Positions 20,101 to 24,000 of a stretch of DNA of 24,000 bases are shown in pieces. This DNA comes from Allorhizobium sonneratiae (GTDB lineage: Bacteria > Pseudomonadota > Alphaproteobacteria > Rhizobiales > Rhizobiaceae). Under the pieces are notes generated by a model. It searched no databases. It was not told the origin of the DNA and saw only the letters and a list, made by a program, of their open reading frames with translations. Made by a program: the position numbers and the translations under genes. The stretch spans positions 99,492 through 123,491 of the forward strand of contig NZ_JAMKOJ010000012.1 of assembly GCF_023700755.1 (NCBI RefSeq), given 5' to 3'. Numbering within the stretch: the stretch's first letter is position 1; every line of letters begins with the position of its first letter.

Positions 20101-20306
20101 GCGGATTTTCCGCCGAGGATATCGACGAATTCAGAGCGCAAGACACGCACGGCGCGCCGCGTCGGCAAAAGAATGGTGACCTTTGACAATGACAGCGGAT
20201 CGGCGGGATCATAGCGATAGCCGGGAGCAAGCCGCCCGTCACAGAGCGCGCGGGCGATCAGCCTGAGAAAGGGCTCGGATGGCGGAACGGTCCAGAACCG
20301 GGCCAT
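17136..20306 (-). CDS. addB: Double-strand break repair protein AddB (alphaproteobacterial type)
   Basis: 1056 aa, sited immediately upstream of addA and overlapping it. The N-terminus (ILLPTRRAVRVL) and the C-terminal RecB-family nuclease motif GIADRLDI...DIIDYKTG are present. ATG at 20304-20306 is 3 nt after the upstream stop. Confidence 0.9.
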   Translation of the reverse strand: MARFWTVPPSEPFLRLIARALCDGRLAPGYRYDPADPLSLSKVTILLPTRRAVRVLRSEFVDILGGKSAILPVIRPLGEAEEDTGYFDAESPALIDLAPPISNVARLLELGELILAWRNRLPEIVRSIHADTPLVAPASPADAVWLARSLVELIDAMETEERDWADLDQLDARDFAAWWQLTLEFLRIASAFWPLRLEELNRSSPMRHRNALLQAERERLMKLPQTGPVIVAGSTGAIPSAAQLIATVASLPQGVIVLPGLDKTLPEDQWQLVGGEQPPGLPPEPTARTHPQYGLHRLLGKLQLNRDDVAALETGPSDLQDRAEIISRALAPAKATDSWTAWREEFGDARFAAAFADVALIETANEREEALAIAVALRMALAEPKADGGESRAALITPDRNLARRVTAELTRFGIEADDSAGTPFSSTPQGMLLTLTLEACLRPGDPVAVVSLLNHPLARFGLPEEGLREAADALEAVALRGSTASVDIAELTSLFERQWLAQAEDRHPPHWRKYIPDAVKEKARALTVAVARAVEPLAGHVVAHGDGSRFTSRLAVRDWAERTGRVLEAIAKSETGDLSLLWAGEAGQCLAQLLSEIMETDGTIHADGPQWIDIVAALAASLSVKPRSLRHPRVFIFGAMESRLQSVDTMVLGGLNEGSWPGSASNNPFLSRGMKTDLGLEPPERQIGQLAHDFEMANGARRLIYSRALRQGSAPTVTSRFLQRLLALGGKGFADQLKERGACYRHWAGLLDQAPSEPPAERPEPKPPVTLQPKSYSFSEVSVLRRDPYAIYARRILKLDPVHPFNTDPGAAERGTLYHRIVERFISACPDQMGPEAERLMQEIANTAFDEEGLPTHIDVVWRRRFRDVGRELIAWQRGRDPAKIITEARAGVELDNIGIRLTGIADRLDIRAGHADIIDYKTGSNPSKNVARSLIDPQLALEAAALMRGGFRDAGRLFPDNLIYVRLRPGSRFDAETVNNELTAKADKAKSAIDLAEEAVDQLSRFVTLLQTGKRGFVSRLMPAKQNDYGGDYDHLARVAEWSTADAAEDGEDA

Positions 20307-20309
20307 GGC

Positions 20310-21041
20310 TTATGCCTTTTCATCAAAAGCTGTCATCACCGCCTCGGCCTCGCCGATTGCATCGGGCGTGCCGACGGTCAGCCAGTGGCCTTGCAGGGGC
20401 AGGCCGAACAGGCGGCGACGGGCAATCGCCTTGTCAAACAGCAGGTTGAGATTGAACGCCCCCTCCGGCGCATCGTCAAGCAAGGCGGAATGCAGCGCCA
20501 GAGCCCCGGCATAGACGACCGGATTGGCGTCACCGTCCTTGTAACGGCTCAGGCGACCATCGGTGCCGAGATGAAAATCCTTCGTGCCATTATGGCCGGT
20601 GGTCTGGTCGAGCCGCACCGTCAGCATGGCCATATCCATGGTGTCGGGATCGAAGAAACGGGCGAGGCGTTCGAGATTGGTCGGCTGGCCCTCAGGCTCA
20701 CCGATCCAGAAGAGATCGGCATTCATCACCAGAACCTGGCCGGGCGGTAGCAGAGAAACGCCTTTGACAAGCCCGCCGCCATTGTTGAGAAGCCGCTCTT
20801 CTTCGTCGGACAGCAGGATAGCCGGCGTCTCGCGCCTGGCAAGATGATCCCGCATCTGACCGGCGAAATGGTGGAGATTGACCACTGCCGTCTCGACACC
20901 CGCCATTTCCAGATGGTCGAGCGCATAATCGATCAGCGCCTTGCCCTTCACCTTGACCAGCGGTTTCGGCATGGTGTCCGTAATGGGCCGCATCCGTGTG
21001 CCAAGGCCAGCGGCCAGCACCATTGCCTGTGTGATGGTCAT
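20310..21041 (-). CDS. murU: Sugar-1-phosphate nucleotidyltransferase, MurU-like (N-acetylmuramate-1-P uridylyltransferase candidate)
   Basis: MTITQAMVLAAGLGTRMRPITDTMPKPLV carries the G-x-G-T-R..K nucleotidyltransferase signature. It sits directly downstream of an AmgK-like kinase domain, matching the amgK-murU pairing known from Pseudomonas peptidoglycan recycling. The start at 21041 has agga upstream; the ORF-track start at 21092 would overlap the upstream gene. Confidence 0.6.
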   Translation of the reverse strand: MTITQAMVLAAGLGTRMRPITDTMPKPLVKVKGKALIDYALDHLEMAGVETAVVNLHHFAGQMRDHLARRETPAILLSDEEERLLNNGGGLVKGVSLLPPGQVLVMNADLFWIGEPEGQPTNLERLARFFDPDTMDMAMLTVRLDQTTGHNGTKDFHLGTDGRLSRYKDGDANPVVYAGALALHSALLDDAPEGAFNLNLLFDKAIARRRLFGLPLQGHWLTVGTPDAIGEAEAVMTAFDEKA

Positions 21042-21064
21042 GACGTCCTGTTGTTCAAGTCTTT

Positions 21065-22567
21065 TCAGATCAGGCCAAGTCTTGCACACCAATCCTTGAG
21101 GGGCGCAAGGGCCTCATGCTGAAAAGCTGCGGATATGTAGGTGAGCGTGCGATCCATATGCCGCATATAGTCCGGCTTGTTGTCGCGCAGCTTCAGCCGC
21201 ACCCAGAGCCCCATCAGCTTGCAATTGCGCTGGGCCGCCATGATGGCAAAATCCCGCCGAAAGGCCACCGCATCGAAACCGGCTTCATCGCGTCTCAGGT
21301 CGATATAATGATCGTGAAGATCAGCCTGCATCGCTGCCGGTATGGTCACGCGCGCATCCTGAAGGAGCGAGGCCAGGTCATAGGCAGCAGGACCGATCAT
21401 CGCGTCCTGAAAATCGATCAGTCCGACCCGTTGAATCCCTTCTTTTTCCGCCTGCCACAGCAGGTTTGGCGAATGAACGTCGCGCAGAACCAGATGTGTG
21501 CGGTCATCCAGCAAGCCGATCAGCTTCTGCCAGATCGCGGCAAATTCTTGCCGCTCCGCCTCATGCGCCTGCCGCCCGAGCTTCCAGGGAATATGCCAGT
21601 CCAGCAGCAATTCCGTTTCATAAAGCATAGCAGCATCATCGAAAGCAGGAATGACATGGCTATGATCGGGCGTGACGGGGATTTCACGTGAAACATCGGC
21701 GCGGGCAAGATGAGCAAGACAGGCTGCTGCTGCGGCATATCGCTCTGCCATCGGCCTGCCATCGGCATCGAGAACCCCCTCCGATCCGAGATCCTCGATC
21801 AGCAGCAGACCTCGATCCAGATCCTGCGCATAGATTGCCGGGACAGTGGCCCCCATGTCCTGCAGAAGATGGTCTATGGCAACGAAGGCGCGGCAATCTT
21901 CCGCCAGATGCACCAGTTCCGGATAGGTCTTGCCGTGACGGATCACGGGGGTTTGCGGGCGTTTCGGGCTGTCCATGACGATGCGCGGCGAGCCAACCGG
22001 TGAGGAGACGAGGTCATAAGCGCGATAATCGGCGTCACCGCTCAGGAACCGGCGCCTTGCCCCTGCCATGCCGTTTTGATCCAGCAGGGCGCGAATGGCG
22101 AGGCTGCGTCTTACGCGCTGCAACAGGGGCTCAGGGCCACTGATGGCAAGCTGCCTGCCGCCATCTTTCGGAAAGCTGAAGGTGAGGGTCAGCGCGTCCT
22201 CAGGCAGCCGGTCCTCAGCACGTTCCGGCCATTCCACCAGACAGATGCCGGTTTCGAGCCATTCATCGAAGCCGAGTTCATCCAGTTCGGAGGAATCGCC
22301 CAGCCGGTAAAGATCGAAATGGGCGACGGGAATGCGCAGATCGTAAGCCTGGACCAGCGTGAAGGTCGGGCTTGGCACATCCAGGGCGTCGTCATCGGCA
22401 ACAGCGCGGATCAGTGCGCGGGCGAGCGTCGATTTTCCGGCACCAAGATCGCCGTTCAGCTTGATGCAGTCACCCGGTTTCAACGCCCGCGCCAGATCCT
22501 CGCCGAGCTGCTGGGTCGCTTTCTCGTCGGCAAGAGTGAGTAGCATGGAGCCGGAAGACGGGATCAT
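21065..22567 (-). CDS. tsaE: Fusion protein: TsaE (t6A37 threonylcarbamoyl-transfer complex ATPase) N-terminal domain plus aminoglycoside-phosphotransferase-fold kinase (AmgK-like) C-terminal domain
   Basis: The N-terminal ~150 aa carry the TsaE P-loop GDLGAGKSTLARALIRA and the HFDLYRL and EW motifs. The C-terminal ~330 aa carry APH-fold catalytic motifs (LRDVHSPNLLW, GLIDFQDA). ATG at 22565-22567 forms an ATGA overlap with the divL stop. An alternative start is M8 at 22546. Confidence 0.8.
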   Translation of the reverse strand: MIPSSGSMLLTLADEKATQQLGEDLARALKPGDCIKLNGDLGAGKSTLARALIRAVADDDALDVPSPTFTLVQAYDLRIPVAHFDLYRLGDSSELDELGFDEWLETGICLVEWPERAEDRLPEDALTLTFSFPKDGGRQLAISGPEPLLQRVRRSLAIRALLDQNGMAGARRRFLSGDADYRAYDLVSSPVGSPRIVMDSPKRPQTPVIRHGKTYPELVHLAEDCRAFVAIDHLLQDMGATVPAIYAQDLDRGLLLIEDLGSEGVLDADGRPMAERYAAAAACLAHLARADVSREIPVTPDHSHVIPAFDDAAMLYETELLLDWHIPWKLGRQAHEAERQEFAAIWQKLIGLLDDRTHLVLRDVHSPNLLWQAEKEGIQRVGLIDFQDAMIGPAAYDLASLLQDARVTIPAAMQADLHDHYIDLRRDEAGFDAVAFRRDFAIMAAQRNCKLMGLWVRLKLRDNKPDYMRHMDRTLTYISAAFQHEALAPLKDWCARLGLI

Positions 22568-24000
22568 TCAGCGGCAACGGAATGGATGAGTTCGCCGGAG
22601 GGAATCCGGCAAACAACCGTGGTGCCCTTGTCCGTGACGCTATCAATGGTCACGCTGCCCTTGTGCAGGTTGACGAAGCTTTCGACAATGGAAAGCCCGA
22701 GCCCTGCGCCGGTGCGGCGTCCGCCTTTGGCATTGGAGGAAAAGCGTTTGAACACCGTCTGCAGAGTGTCTTCGGGAATGCCGCAGCCATTGTCGGCAAC
22801 GGTGAAGACGAAATCGGAGCCTTCCCGCCAGCATTTCAGCACGACTTTCTCGCCTTCCGGCGAGAAATTCACCGCATTGGTGAGGATCTTGATCAGAATC
22901 TGCTTCAGGCGCAGTTGATCGGCGACGATCTCACCCAGCTGCGACGGCGCCATGATTTCCAGCGTCACCCGTCCTTCCTGAAGACGGTCGGTCATCTGCA
23001 TCGAGACATCGTCGAGCAGGTCGCTCAGATCGATCACCGAATAATTGAGCCGCATGATGCCGGCATCGACGGTGGCGAGATCGAGAATATCGTTGACGAT
23101 GGTCAAAAGCACCGAAGACGAGGTGGAGATGTGATCGATATAATCCGCCTGCCGCTCGGTGAGCGGGCCGATGGCGGGCGATTTCAGAAGATCGGTGAAA
23201 CCGATGATATTGGTCAGCGGGGAGCGCAATTCGTAGGAAACATGCTGGACGAAATCGTTTTTCAGCTCATCCGCCTTGCGCAGCGCCTCGTTCTTTTCCA
23301 GAAGCGCCCGCTCGGCGCGCACGCCGTCTGTGATGTTGACGAAGGTCAGCATGGTCTGCGCATTCGGCAGCGGGATCAGCGCATAATCCAGCACCAGACC
23401 GGAAAGAAGCTCGATGGTGCCCTGGCTGGAGGGGCGCTCGTCCTCGAAGCTGGTGATCATCCGGCTGAAGGTGCGCCAGCCATCCGGCCGGTCATAGGAG
23501 GGCAGGCAGGCGGCTTCAATGGCGCGGATATGGGTTCCGGGCGCGGCCTCTGTCTCGGTAATGCCCCATAGCGCTCGGAAGGCCGGGTTGGAAAGCCGGA
23601 TGCGTCCATCCGGCCCGAAGACGGCCACGCCTTCAGACAGGTGGTCGATGGTTTCACCCTGCACCTTGACCAGCGTATTGTAGCGGGTTTCCAGATCGAC
23701 CTGTTCGGTCAGGTTTTCAAACACCCAGGTTGCGCCGCCCTGGGGATGGGCCGAGGCGATGACCCTGAGCGTCTGGCCGTTCGGCAGATGCCATAGCGCC
23801 GTCTGGGTATCGATGGCGCGATAGACGGAGAGTGTGTTTTCCTTCCAGCTCTTCCAGCTCAGCTGTTCCGGCAGCTTGCCGGCGCTGCGCAGCCGGTCGA
23901 GCAGCTCGCCGTGATCGGGGCGGGATTCGAGGAAGCCAAGATCGAGACCCCAGAGTTGCTGGAAGGCCTGATTGTAGAATTGCAGCCGCCGCTCACCGTC
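22564..24000 (-). CDS. divL: DivL-type PAS sensor kinase with Tyr replacing the phospho-accepting His (3' part; N-terminus lies beyond the window)
   Basis: The reading frame is open to nt 24000 (DGERRLQFYNQAFQQLWGL...). The 'M' at 23724 in the ORF track is an internal GTG Val. PAS-like repeats are present (SNPAFRALWG). The DHp H-box reads HVSYELRSPLTN, with Y codon TAC at 23233-23235 where histidine kinases have H. An intact N-box (NAVNFSP), G1 (DNGCGIP) and G2 (GAGLGLS) are present. Confidence 0.75.
   Translation of the reverse strand, partial: DGERRLQFYNQAFQQLWGLDLGFLESRPDHGELLDRLRSAGKLPEQLSWKSWKENTLSVYRAIDTQTALWHLPNGQTLRVIASAHPQGGATWVFENLTEQVDLETRYNTLVKVQGETIDHLSEGVAVFGPDGRIRLSNPAFRALWGITETEAAPGTHIRAIEAACLPSYDRPDGWRTFSRMITSFEDERPSSQGTIELLSGLVLDYALIPLPNAQTMLTFVNITDGVRAERALLEKNEALRKADELKNDFVQHVSYELRSPLTNIIGFTDLLKSPAIGPLTERQADYIDHISTSSSVLLTIVNDILDLATVDAGIMRLNYSVIDLSDLLDDVSMQMTDRLQEGRVTLEIMAPSQLGEIVADQLRLKQILIKILTNAVNFSPEGEKVVLKCWREGSDFVFTVADNGCGIPEDTLQTVFKRFSSNAKGGRRTGAGLGLSIVESFVNLHKGSVTIDSVTDKGTTVVCRIPSGELIHSVAAE

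Overview
This window looks like a high-GC core chromosome segment of a Rhizobiaceae-type alphaproteobacterium. From memory, unverified, the gene order matches the origin-proximal region of Agrobacterium. On the + strand are gyrB (5' end cut by the window), intracellular PHB depolymerase, a DUF2852-like membrane protein, a YgjP/M48-like metallopeptidase, and a tightly coupled trpF-trpB-trpA-accD-folC block. A nitroreductase lies on the - strand between gyrB and the depolymerase. Further along the - strand is a tightly packed run: trxA, addA, addB, a MurU-like nucleotidyltransferase, a TsaE::AmgK-like kinase fusion, and the 3' part of a DivL-type sensor kinase with Tyr in place of the phospho-accepting His. 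The one non-core element is a ~1.6 kb low-GC islet (about 11521-13142) between the convergent folC and trxA genes. It carries two + strand ORFs with no obvious Shine-Dalgarno. The first encodes a 130-aa protein whose layout resembles stand-alone phage/plasmid BECR-fold (PBECR-like) RNase domains. The second encodes a 238-aa protein with a C-terminal HEPN-like helical domain. That domain appears cut by a frameshift, because its last helix continues in the -1 frame up to the shared terminator. The 263-bp gap between the two ORFs holds a perfect 11-2-11 palindrome, and an 8-mer from it recurs on the ORF1 start codon. The gap also has two hairpins whose T-tracts fit minus-strand termination better, so an unannotated antisense or small RNA is possible. 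I found no tRNA, rRNA, CRISPR array, integrase or transposase. The islet is my best candidate for an undescribed conflict or toxin-type module, but all family assignments there rest on by-eye motif recognition and need profile or structure searches.
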